DNA from: Promethearchaeota archaeon
GTDB lineage: Archaea > Asgardarchaeota > Lokiarchaeia > Sigyniarchaeales > SOKP01
Length of the DNA stretch: 64,000 bases
NCBI GenBank assembly: GCA_048938025.1
Contig: JBHLMP010000002.1
Location: forward strand, 62,088-126,087
Reading direction: 5' to 3'
In this document: positions 28,281 through 37,593 of the stretch, in pieces
Numbering within the stretch: the stretch's first letter is position 1
How the letters are laid out: the number at the start of each line of letters is the position of its first letter
Notes under the pieces: generated by a model
Database searches by the model: none
The model's input: the letters and a program-made list of their open reading frames with translations, nothing else
Told to the model about the DNA's origin: nothing
Translations under genes and position numbers: made by a program

Positions 28281-30122
28281 TTATTCTTTCAATAACCATT
28301 GATCTGTGGTAAGAAAGCTCTCCATAATTAGATCTTTGAGATCAGGATTTTCTTTCAGTTGAACAGTATGAAAATTTTGTAAAAACTTATTAAAAATTTG
28401 CCATATAGAAGAATCACGTTCAATGTGGTCTGTAAAATACCCCAGCTTCTGTTTTGCGAAATATGATTGTCCTTTAAATAGATAACAAACTAGGAAATTC
28501 TCTACAGGGTTTATGAGAATCGTATGGTGACCAAATTTAGCACGATCAAGCCCTTCTGAGAAAACTTCTTTACTAATTGAATCGAATGAAGTTAAAAAAC
28601 CACTAAGGAGATCATCTGAAAAGTCCCAATCTTTAGAAAAAGTGTGAGAAAATGCCGGTACTCCTCCTTCGGACATGACTAAAAGTAATAAAGGGTCCTC
28701 TTCAGATAATTTGGGGATTTCTACTGTACGTTTTTGTATCATTCTTTTCATTTCAGCTTCGATTTTGGTTAAATTCAATCGTTCGCCTATAGGGGAATCT
28801 GATTTTTTTAATTTTTCCCATAAATCCATTTGTTTTAATAGTTCGTCATGTTCATTTGAAATTTTCATAGATAATCGGTTAAGTCCGTATTTTTCGGCTA
28901 TATGTTGAGCTTCAGATAATAATTGTCTAGCATTTTTAATATTAAAAGTAAGTAATGCAAGTCTGGCTTGTAAGAGTTTCGTTTCAGCAATTAAGGGATA
29001 TGAGTTGTTTTTTTCAGCAATATCCAATAGTCGAGAAAAATAGGGTTGCATCTCTTTTAATATCTCAAGATCATTAGTATTACGGAGATCCATTAAGAGT
29101 AAATCACAAAGATTGAGCAAAGCATCAATATGAGCTTCGTATAAAACAACATCCTCCTCTACTGCTTTTCTCAATATCTTTTCAGCCTCGGAAAGATTAC
29201 TAGCACGAGGATTTGCCTTCAATAATAAAGCTTTATTTATTAAATAGTCTAATTTGATAATTTCATACTCTTCTTGGTCTTTAAGCTCCTTCATTTGACT
29301 TAAATAATTTTGTGCTAACTTAAGATCACCTTTATCAAGGGCTACATGAAAAAGTGAATCGAGGATTATATGAATTTTAGGACTATTTATCTCCTTACAA
29401 AGAGCATAACTCTGATTTATACTTTTAAAAGCATCATCTAATTTACCTTGCATTCTATATACCCACCCTAAATTATTGAGAGCTATAATCGTATTCTGTT
29501 TATCATTAATCTCCTTAGCGACGGCTAATGCCTGGCTATGATATTTGATTGCAAGGTCTATATTACCTTTTATTCCATAGTAGGTACCAGTATTAAGTGT
29601 AAATTGCATTATTAATTTTTTATCATTTATTAGTTTAACAAGTTCTAGACCTTCTTCCAAACATTTTTTAATAAGCTCTAAATTTCCCCTCGCAAAAAAT
29701 ATACCTCCTTTTATTAAAAACAAAGAGGCATGTTTTTTCTGAATTTCTGCAATAGGTTTTGGAAATTGGGCACTGATTATTTCTTCAGCTTTACTAATCT
29801 CGTCAAGAGCGTCTTCTAATTTGCCAAGTCGCCAATAAACCCAAGCGATGAGATTTAAAGCATCAATTGATTTATCATAAAATTGTAATTTTTCACTCTG
29901 CTCTAACACTCTTTCTGCAAGGTTTTGTGCGTCTTTTAATTGTCCAAGAGCTAATAACAAAGAACTTTTTAGAATGTGTAAAGAGAGTAAATCTTCTTCA
30001 GTAAAACTTTCTTCTTTTTCTAAATTAGTTACAATTTGAAGAGCTTCTTCAAACTTACCAGCATTTTTAAGTTCTTCTGCTTGCTTTAATTCTTTTGATT
30101 TTAACTTAAACATAAAATTCAA
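28281..30122 (-). CDS. TPR-repeat protein with C-terminal longin-like domain
   Basis: TPR repeats (ALNLIAWVYWRLG, ALNNLGWVYRMQG). The C-terminus (LLLVMSEGGVPAFSHTF...LLSGFLTSF...FLVCYLF) resembles a longin fold. Confidence 0.75.
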   Translation of the reverse strand: MNFMFKLKSKELKQAEELKNAGKFEEALQIVTNLEKEESFTEEDLLSLHILKSSLLLALGQLKDAQNLAERVLEQSEKLQFYDKSIDALNLIAWVYWRLGKLEDALDEISKAEEIISAQFPKPIAEIQKKHASLFLIKGGIFFARGNLELIKKCLEEGLELVKLINDKKLIMQFTLNTGTYYGIKGNIDLAIKYHSQALAVAKEINDKQNTIIALNNLGWVYRMQGKLDDAFKSINQSYALCKEINSPKIHIILDSLFHVALDKGDLKLAQNYLSQMKELKDQEEYEIIKLDYLINKALLLKANPRASNLSEAEKILRKAVEEDVVLYEAHIDALLNLCDLLLMDLRNTNDLEILKEMQPYFSRLLDIAEKNNSYPLIAETKLLQARLALLTFNIKNARQLLSEAQHIAEKYGLNRLSMKISNEHDELLKQMDLWEKLKKSDSPIGERLNLTKIEAEMKRMIQKRTVEIPKLSEEDPLLLLVMSEGGVPAFSHTFSKDWDFSDDLLSGFLTSFDSISKEVFSEGLDRAKFGHHTILINPVENFLVCYLFKGQSYFAKQKLGYFTDHIERDSSIWQIFNKFLQNFHTVQLKENPDLKDLIMESFLTTDQWLLKE

Positions 30123-30187
30123 TTAAAAAAAGAAGTTACATTTACTTAAAAGCCTTTTTAATCTGATCCTTTTTGAGTTGAAGATAA

Positions 30188-30742
30188 TTACTTATATTTA
30201 TTATATAATAAATCTATGATTGCGTTAAATGCGTTTATGACTCCTTGTCCAGTTTTTGCAGAGGTTATATAATATCCAATAAAATTTTGCTTATCCACAA
30301 TTTCTTGGATTTCAGAATGATCTATACTATTCTCATCTATTAAATCAACTTTGTTAGCAAACATAACTACTGGAATATTTCCGCAAAATTGATTAATATC
30401 TGAATACCAATCAGGAATATGAGCAAAACTATCTTTACCAAGGTCATTTTCTTCTAAACTATACACAATTATGGCTGCTACACTATTTTTAAAAAAAGAA
30501 GGGCGTAAAAAATTGAAACTATCCTGACCAGCTATATCCCAGAATAATAACCTAATTTTATCTTCCTTTATGACCTTATCATATACAGAGAATTGGGCTC
30601 CTATAGTCTTGATATAATCCTCCTGAAAAGAACCTTTTGTAAACTTTTGTATTAAGGATGTTTTCCCTACTTGGCCATCTCCTATGACTGTAATCTTAAA
30701 TCGAAACTTTTCTACTATTTCATTCATTTTTGATATATGCAC
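30188..30742 (-). CDS. Rab-like small GTPase (Ras superfamily)
   Basis: G1 GDGQVGKTS, G2 YIKTIG, G3 WDIAGQ, G4 NKVD, G5 TSAK. No C-terminal Cys prenylation site. Confidence 0.93.
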   Translation of the reverse strand: MHISKMNEIVEKFRFKITVIGDGQVGKTSLIQKFTKGSFQEDYIKTIGAQFSVYDKVIKEDKIRLLFWDIAGQDSFNFLRPSFFKNSVAAIIVYSLEENDLGKDSFAHIPDWYSDINQFCGNIPVVMFANKVDLIDENSIDHSEIQEIVDKQNFIGYYITSAKTGQGVINAFNAIIDLLYNKYK

Positions 30743-30862
30743 TATTAACCAAAACTTGATTAATGTAAGATTGAATTTTTCCTTATATAAAATTTTAGTT
30801 TATTGTATTAGAAATCAATAAATTAAAAATTAAAAAATGAAAAAAATAAAAAAAAAAATTAA

Positions 30863-31060
30863 TTATTCCTTTTTAGCAAACTTAGACAAATAATGCCAAA
30901 TCTTGCCATTGGTTCCATAAGAATATGTTGATACTTTAATAATAGCTTTCTTTGAATTTTCTTTTGTACTATTATTAAATCTGAAATCAGATAAATTGTC
31001 TAAAATTACTTCCTTATTTTGCTTTAAATCGGGGATTACCATCCTCTTACTCTCTGTCAG
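30863..31060 (-). CDS. Small hypothetical protein (not in ORF track)
   Basis: ATG at 31042 gives 59 aa (MVIPDLKQNKEV...KFAKKE). An in-frame CTG at 31060 sits 6 nt after a strong GGAGGTGG SD. Confidence 0.6.
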   Translation of the reverse strand: MTESKRMVIPDLKQNKEVILDNLSDFRFNNSTKENSKKAIIKVSTYSYGTNGKIWHYLSKFAKKE

Positions 31061-31084
31061 ATTTAACCACCTCCTTTAATATTA

Positions 31085-31501
31085 TTAAATAATTGTTTTT
31101 AATCCTTGAAAGAATTTTTCAGGAGAAATTCCATACAATAACGCTTTATGAAGTAACTCTAGCTTTATTTCAGCAGCACTAAAAGAATTTTCTCTATACT
31201 TTGATTTTTCTTTTAATTCCTTTAGAATTATATATAGTATATATTCAGGTTTCTTATATTTACCAAAATATCCACCAAAAGCAGTGAAAAGATTTACCAT
31301 TAACTCAATATCATTTGTAGAAAATTTTTTCAAACATGATTCGCAGATAACTCTTGTATAAACTCCTGAATGGTAGATTGAAGCCCTATTTTTAATTTCG
31401 GTACTACAAATACCACAATTCATCGAGCTATTAATTATATTAGGTTTTTTTCCAATAATTTGTGCCATTTTATGTATCCACCACCTTTTAAATTTACTCA
31501 T
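31085..31501 (-). CDS. Hypothetical protein with CxxC...CxxC zinc-binding motif
   Basis: CGIC...CESC. Its start overlaps the stop of the upstream ORF by 4 nt. Confidence 0.65.
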   Translation of the reverse strand: MSKFKRWWIHKMAQIIGKKPNIINSSMNCGICSTEIKNRASIYHSGVYTRVICESCLKKFSTNDIELMVNLFTAFGGYFGKYKKPEYILYIILKELKEKSKYRENSFSAAEIKLELLHKALLYGISPEKFFQGLKTII

Positions 31502-31725
31502 AGGTCTTTAAATCCAAATTTAAATTTCTCAGGATGTAAATAATAATAATCAAGAGACTTTTCCCATCTTTTTAGTGCTCTCCTCTTATCTATTATATCT
31601 AAATCATCTGGGATTGTATAGATTTGACTAAGCTGATTTATCAAATCTCTCTTAATCTCATCGTTCTTAGTTTCAGATAAGATTTCTTCAAATTCATATG
31701 ATATTTGTTTTTTAACTTCTGTCAA
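31498..31725 (-). CDS. Small hypothetical protein
   Basis: TTG start with GAGGT SD, coupled to the next ORF. Confidence 0.6.
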   Translation of the reverse strand: MTEVKKQISYEFEEILSETKNDEIKRDLINQLSQIYTIPDDLDIIDKRRALKRWEKSLDYYYLHPEKFKFGFKDL

Positions 31726-31802
31726 ATTTAATTACCTCTTTTTTATTTCAATTTTTTGATATATTTATAACTATAAATTTTTCTATTTCGTAATTTTAAT
31801 GT

Positions 31803-31847
31803 GGAGAGCTCAAATTGTTATTCAGAATATGAACAATTGAGCTCTCC
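31803..31847. promoter_or_regulatory. Stem-loop upstream of the small-ORF operon
   Basis: GGAGAGCTC-A-AATTGTT...AACAATT-GAGCTCTCC, a 16-bp stem with one bulge in very AT-rich DNA. Confidence 0.55.
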
Positions 31848-32006
31848 TTTAACCACGCCCTCTATTCTCTCTCTGAATTACCTTTCTATATAGTTGACAA
31901 ATAAATTTTACAAGTTCAGTATGATTTGTATCAGTGTTTTTTTATTTTTCCGTTTATTTATTAATATTTATTAGATCAGAGTTCAATATATAGTTTTACT
32001 CCAGAA

Positions 32007-32020
32007 ACTCCAATTGGAGT
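32007..32020. promoter_or_regulatory. Perfect 14-bp palindrome, candidate operator
   Basis: ACTCCAATTGGAGT between divergent genes, with another ACTCCA half-site at 31998-32003. Confidence 0.45.
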
Positions 32021-32121
32021 CTCGGAAAAGTTTCCAGACAGAAACATTTTTATAGATTTTTATACTATTTCTAATTGAGAACCTGTAATTATTATGAAAA
32101 ATGTAATACTGGAAGATTACC

Positions 32122-34077
32122 TTGGAAAATACAATCAATTATCCCCCGAATGAACTTTTGGAACCTCTTTCCAAGTTGAGTAAGCCTAATTTTGAATTAG
32201 TAATTCTTTGGATGTTAAATAACAATGAGTCATGTACAAGTTCAGATTTTCTCACAATTGAAAATTCTGAATCTGATACAATATTTTCAAAATCAACATT
32301 ATATAATTATTTTAAAACTCTTATTGAAGAAGCTTATGTTAATAAAAGTGCTTATAATAAATACGAGATCACTCCTAAAGGCAAAGATAGATTTTATGAA
32401 TTATCTCAAACGAAGTTTGCAAGAAGAAAATTAAGTTATCCTCCTAAAGCAATCACAAATAAGAGGAACTATGACCATTGGATTCTCTGGATGGTATATA
32501 ATAATAATTTTTGCAAATGGGCTGATTTCCTTGCTGAACCTCTCTCTATTAACCAATCTTCATTATCAAAAAATATGAATTCATTAATGGATGATGGATT
32601 TTTAGAAAAGGAAAACAAGAAATATAGGATTACACAATTAGGTAAATCAGCATATTCTGATATGTTAAGAGAGTATGATTTAGATAGACAGTCAATTTTA
32701 GAGGCAGAAAGTAAACGGATTAGGGAGATAACTAAAAAGACCAAAAATTTCTTCGAGAAATTCAAAATTAAGGATAATAATATTAAGTTCCGATATCTCA
32801 ATAATATTTTAAAATTACCTTATGAAAATGAAAAGATTAAATCTACTTTAGATGTGGAAGAAGATTTTAACAAAGTTTTACTCTTTCTCTCATTAAACCA
32901 TCCGAATGAGTTTCCTCATTATATTTCTCCTCAGGATTTTTCTAAGAAATATGATATTAGTCTTATCAAACTTAATTTCACCATACTACGAATTGTTGAA
33001 GAAGATATTTATCCTGTAAAGTTTTTTAAATTGGAGGTAGAGGATGATAAAAATTATTATTTTCAAGTAAATGAGAAATTAGAAAGAATGCTTAATGCTA
33101 TTGTTGAGGAACATATTGCTAAGCTCACATATTTATATAATTTATATGAAGAGTATCCAGATGAAACTCCTCCATTAACATTGGAATTTACAGTTGAGGC
33201 CATTTTAGATGAGATCTGTGATAATTTATTTTCCAATGGTTTAAGAAATGCTCTTAGGAAGTTTTTACCGGATTATATCCATTACTTAGCATATAAAATT
33301 GAGAAAGAGAAAAAATTAATAGATAGCTATGATAAATTAGAAGGATTAATTTGGCAAGAGATCCAAGCATACAATTTTAATAATCAACAAGTAAACTTTA
33401 ATGAGCAAAATGCAACCAATTTTAACGAGGCTCTTAAAGAGATTGATAAAGTTATTAACTTAAATCCCCATAACATTGATCTATATTATTCGAAGAGCAA
33501 AATCCTAATTAATATGAATCGATACAGAGAAGTATTAGCCTTATTAGATAAAATGCTTATAGATTTTCCTCAAGAAGAAAAGAATATCCAAATCAAAAGG
33601 GCCTATATTCTTAAAGAAATGAGAAATGCTGAAGCAGGTTTGGAAATTATTGATAATATGATTAAAAAATATCCAGAAGATAATGATCTTCTTAATTATA
33701 AAGCTTGCTGGTTACAATATCTAAATAAAAAAGAAGAATCTTTAGAGGTTATTAAAAATCTCATAAAGCGTGTGCCTGATAATGCTACTTATCATGATAC
33801 TTATGGCGAAATTCTAATGTTCTTTAATGAACATGAGCATGCGATAGAAGAATTCCTGAAAACCATAGAGATAGGAGATAAAAATTGGTATGTTTATCAA
33901 ACTTACATTAAATTAGGGATTTGTTATAAAGAATTAGGGAATTATGAATTAGCGATTGATTATCTTAAAAAAGGAAAAGAAATAACAAATAAATCTTTAA
34001 GTGAACTTGATACAAAACGAAAATGGGTTGTAATCGCGGACCTTTTTCTTGCAGAGATTGAGCAATTAAATTCTTAG
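32122..34077 (+). CDS. Tandem winged-helix plus C-terminal TPR protein (putative regulator)
   Basis: Two repeats ILWM.NNN.C...DFL...S(T/S)L...L...Y.IT..GK, followed by TPRs (YHDTYGEIL, TYIKLGICYKELGNYELA). Confidence 0.75.
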   Translation: MENTINYPPNELLEPLSKLSKPNFELVILWMLNNNESCTSSDFLTIENSESDTIFSKSTLYNYFKTLIEEAYVNKSAYNKYEITPKGKDRFYELSQTKFARRKLSYPPKAITNKRNYDHWILWMVYNNNFCKWADFLAEPLSINQSSLSKNMNSLMDDGFLEKENKKYRITQLGKSAYSDMLREYDLDRQSILEAESKRIREITKKTKNFFEKFKIKDNNIKFRYLNNILKLPYENEKIKSTLDVEEDFNKVLLFLSLNHPNEFPHYISPQDFSKKYDISLIKLNFTILRIVEEDIYPVKFFKLEVEDDKNYYFQVNEKLERMLNAIVEEHIAKLTYLYNLYEEYPDETPPLTLEFTVEAILDEICDNLFSNGLRNALRKFLPDYIHYLAYKIEKEKKLIDSYDKLEGLIWQEIQAYNFNNQQVNFNEQNATNFNEALKEIDKVINLNPHNIDLYYSKSKILINMNRYREVLALLDKMLIDFPQEEKNIQIKRAYILKEMRNAEAGLEIIDNMIKKYPEDNDLLNYKACWLQYLNKKEESLEVIKNLIKRVPDNATYHDTYGEILMFFNEHEHAIEEFLKTIEIGDKNWYVYQTYIKLGICYKELGNYELAIDYLKKGKEITNKSLSELDTKRKWVVIADLFLAEIEQLNS

Positions 34078-34150
34078 TGAATTTTGCTATATTTTTCAAA
34101 TTTTAATTAAAAAAGAAATTATTTATAATAAAAAATCTAAATATTTACTA

Positions 34151-35311
34151 ATGAACTCAAGGGAAAGAGTAAATACAACCTTAAATCATAAAGAACCAGA
34201 TAAGGTACCTATTGATTTAGGTGGACATCAATCTGGAATTCATATAAAAGCATATAAAAGGTTGTTAGATTTTCTGGATATTAATGATAATAATATTCAG
34301 TATTGTGATTTTGTACAGCAAATTGCATTACCATGTAAAGAACTATTAGAAAGGTTTAATATTGATATTAGATATATTCGTCCCTTAGGCGGGATGATAA
34401 ATGTAAATGATTACCAACCACAATATGAAGGAAAGTATGTTGGAGTATATGATCAATTTGGTTGCTTTTGGGGAAATGACGCAAAGAAAGATTTAGATGA
34501 AATTTTATATTATGATCCGGTCATACATCCATTAGCAGATTTTAAAACTATTCATAAAATCAAAAATTATGATTGGCCAAATGGAAAAGATAAAAGTCCA
34601 TTTGAAGGATTAAGGGGTTATGCGAAAAAATTAAGCCAAACAACTGATTTTGCTTTATCTACTCCACCTATAGGATGTATTTACGAATATACAACTTTTC
34701 TTTTTGGTTTTACAAGAGCATTAAGATATTTGCAGACAAAACCAGAATTGATTATCGCTACAATGGAATGTCTTTTAAAGTACTGGACAGATTATAATAT
34801 AACTTTTTTAAATGAAGTTGGTGAATATTTAGAAGTTGTGTGTATTAATGGAGATTTGGGTGAACAAGCAGGTCCGATTATGAATTTAAAAATATATGAG
34901 GAAGTTATAAAACCAATTGAAAAAAAGCTTTCTGAAAAAATACATCAACTAGCAGATGTTAAGATTAATTACCATTGCTGCGGATCTACTCCATTATTTA
35001 TTCCTCACTGGGCAGAAATTGGATATGATATTTATAATCCTGTCCAAATCTCTGCTTATGATATGGAACCTTGTAGTTTGAAAAAGAGGTTTGGTAAAAT
35101 AATTACATTTTGGGGAGGTTTGTGCAATACGCAACAAACACTTCCATTTGGTACTCCCAAGCAAATTCGAGAAGAAGTTAAGAAAAATATTGAATGTTTT
35201 AAACCTGGAGGAGGCTATATTGCAGCAAATATACATAATATAACAGCAGAGGTTCCCCCACAAAATATTGTTGCTATGTTTGATGCTGCAAATGAATTTC
35301 GTGATTATTGA
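34151..35311 (+). CDS. UroD/MtaA-CmuA family protein (putative corrinoid methyltransferase)
   Basis: MNSRERV...H.EPDKVPIDLG, YHCCG, NPVQ, FWGG, PGGGY, HNI. Confidence 0.85.
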   Translation: MNSRERVNTTLNHKEPDKVPIDLGGHQSGIHIKAYKRLLDFLDINDNNIQYCDFVQQIALPCKELLERFNIDIRYIRPLGGMINVNDYQPQYEGKYVGVYDQFGCFWGNDAKKDLDEILYYDPVIHPLADFKTIHKIKNYDWPNGKDKSPFEGLRGYAKKLSQTTDFALSTPPIGCIYEYTTFLFGFTRALRYLQTKPELIIATMECLLKYWTDYNITFLNEVGEYLEVVCINGDLGEQAGPIMNLKIYEEVIKPIEKKLSEKIHQLADVKINYHCCGSTPLFIPHWAEIGYDIYNPVQISAYDMEPCSLKKRFGKIITFWGGLCNTQQTLPFGTPKQIREEVKKNIECFKPGGGYIAANIHNITAEVPPQNIVAMFDAANEFRDY

Positions 35312-35341
35312 GTTGAATTAAAATTAAAAATTGATATTAGA

Positions 35342-36385
35342 ATGAACTCATTAGAATTAACTTTATCAGCAATAAGGGGAATACCAGAAAAGATCCCTTT
35401 TAATCCTTTTATCATGCATCTTGCTGCTTCCTTATCAAATGTAGATTATAATCACGAATATTGTCAAAAACCAGAGGTATTAGCAAATTCAATGATAAAA
35501 TGTTCTGAATTCTTTGGAATAGATCACGTTAATGTCTCTACAGATGCTTATCGTGAAGCAAATGCATGGGGTGTTGAGATTGACTGGGAAAGCCACACAC
35601 CAGTTGCCAAAACTCATTTAAAAATTGAAGAATTTGACTCTATTAAAACACCAGAACTATTAAAAAATAGAAGAATTCAAAATAGAGTTAAGGCTGTAGA
35701 ATTTCTCTCGTCGAAAGTAGGAGGTAAACAATGCATTGTCGGTTGGATTGAAGCTCCATTTGCAGAAATATGTTGCCTATTTGGATTAGTAGAAGTCCTT
35801 AAATTATGTAAGCATACTAATTGGGATAAAAGAATAAAAGCACTTATCGAAAGAATTCTTCCTATCCAAAAAGAATTTGCTAGATTGCAGATTGAAGCGG
35901 GGGCAAATATAATTGGAGCAGGAGACTCTGCAATCTCTCAAATAGGTCCTTTGAGATATGAAAAGAGTTGTTTAGAAGCAACAAAAGATTTGTTTAATTA
36001 TATTCAGAAAAATGTGCCTGTTTTATATCATATCTGTGGAGATAACTCAGTAGTCGACAAAGAAGGGAGAGACATGCTAAAACTAGTTTCATCGACAAAT
36101 GCTGCAATTTTAGATCTGGATTATCAAGTCGATTTGAAACTAGCTAAAGAAAAAATAAGAAAAAATAACTGTATTAGAGGAAATACGAATACTCAAATCT
36201 TAGGCAGTGAAACATATTCAGTTTCAGGTGTTTATAATGAAATAAAGAATACTATTGAAGCAGGAAAGCCAGGTGGATTATATATGTACGCAGCAGGGTG
36301 TGAGTGGCCCTGGGAACCAATAACAATGGCAAGTCGAAATTTAGGCATTGCTAAAGCATTAATTGAAAAAATGGGAAGATATTAA
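35342..36385 (+). CDS. UroD/MtaA-CmuA family methyltransferase
   Basis: EANAWG, APF, GAGDS, Zn motif HICGD, RGN, terminal AGCE. Confidence 0.85.
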   Translation: MNSLELTLSAIRGIPEKIPFNPFIMHLAASLSNVDYNHEYCQKPEVLANSMIKCSEFFGIDHVNVSTDAYREANAWGVEIDWESHTPVAKTHLKIEEFDSIKTPELLKNRRIQNRVKAVEFLSSKVGGKQCIVGWIEAPFAEICCLFGLVEVLKLCKHTNWDKRIKALIERILPIQKEFARLQIEAGANIIGAGDSAISQIGPLRYEKSCLEATKDLFNYIQKNVPVLYHICGDNSVVDKEGRDMLKLVSSTNAAILDLDYQVDLKLAKEKIRKNNCIRGNTNTQILGSETYSVSGVYNEIKNTIEAGKPGGLYMYAAGCEWPWEPITMASRNLGIAKALIEKMGRY

Positions 36386-36414
36386 TTGCATTTTTTTAAA
36401 AGGAGACAAAATTT

Positions 36415-37494
36415 TTAATCAGGAAGATTTATAGGATAATTGCCAAATTTTCTCCTTATATTTTGCATTGCTTCAAATCTATCTACTGTTACGGCTGGAT
36501 GGATACTGTGTCCAGATCCAAAAAAATATCCTCCTCCCGGTGCTAATTCTCGAATTAATCCCTTTGCGTATTCCTCAATTTCAGAAATCGTCCCTAATGC
36601 TAACATCACAGGGTTTAAATTACCAGAAAAAGCTATCTTATCTCCATATTTATTATTCAATTTGAATATATCATATTCTGGATTCGCAGTTGTAGGTTCA
36701 AGAGGATTAATAATATTTATACCACAGTTAATTATATCTTCAAAAATTTCAGATAAATCTCCATCAGAATGTAATAATATTTTACAATCATGTTTATGAG
36801 CAGCATTACATATTCTTTTTAACCATGGGAATATATAAATCTTATAATTTCTCGGAGGCATGAAGAGTCCCTTTTTAAAACCATAATCATCCCATAATAA
36901 TATTATTTGAGCATCATTTTCAGCAAGAATTTTTACAAGTTCAAGAGTAAAGTTCCCATGATCATCAAAAACTTTCTTAGCGTGTTTTGGTTTAGCTAAA
37001 ATTCTGGAAAAGGTTTCTAATCCAAAACCCTCCATTGCAACTTCGAATATGCTTCCTGTTGCTGGAATAGAAAATACTTCATCATTGAGTTTTTTTTGTT
37101 CTTTTCTTCCTAATAAAAATTGATTCAATCTTACTTCTGAATATGGATTTGGTTTTTCCCAACTTTCATAATCATCAAATGACTTAAAAGATCCACCATG
37201 ATAGGCTAATATCATTGTTCCATCTTTAGAATATTCAGTTTTCATGATTCGACCATATTCATCGATGTATCCACCTTTCATAGACTTTTTAGGAAAAACA
37301 CTTACATAGCTTAGAACCAGATCTATTTGAGCTCTGCGGCAGAAATCATAAGTTATATAATAACCACGACCTTTAGTAGGATCAACACCATAATGTCTCA
37401 TAATTGTATAATTCGTGAAAGCACTTTCAAAAGCCGGAACTCTATCTGGTTCCTCATGATTAATGGCTTTCAATACTCTTTCTGGTGCCTTTAT
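36415..37494 (-). CDS. UroD/MtaA-CmuA family protein
   Basis: ERVLKAINHEEPDRVP, DDYG, LHSDG, NPLEP, PGGGY, HSI. Homology extends upstream of the TTG at 37473 to an ATA at 37494. Confidence 0.85.
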   Translation of the reverse strand: MKAPERVLKAINHEEPDRVPAFESAFTNYTIMRHYGVDPTKGRGYYITYDFCRRAQIDLVLSYVSVFPKKSMKGGYIDEYGRIMKTEYSKDGTMILAYHGGSFKSFDDYESWEKPNPYSEVRLNQFLLGRKEQKKLNDEVFSIPATGSIFEVAMEGFGLETFSRILAKPKHAKKVFDDHGNFTLELVKILAENDAQIILLWDDYGFKKGLFMPPRNYKIYIFPWLKRICNAAHKHDCKILLHSDGDLSEIFEDIINCGINIINPLEPTTANPEYDIFKLNNKYGDKIAFSGNLNPVMLALGTISEIEEYAKGLIRELAPGGGYFFGSGHSIHPAVTVDRFEAMQNIRRKFGNYPINLPD

Positions 37495-37593
37495 ATATAT
37501 CCCCTAAATTTTAAGAATTATGTAAATTAATAATTAAAATAATTATTCTTTTTAGATTAATTAAGGAATTTTCAATAAAAAAGATATAAGAAT

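Noticed and set aside
31991-32003. 13-mer TAGTTTTACTCCA shared with 51627-51639 (minus strand)
   Set aside because: The second copy lies in a coding remnant and is probably coincidental.
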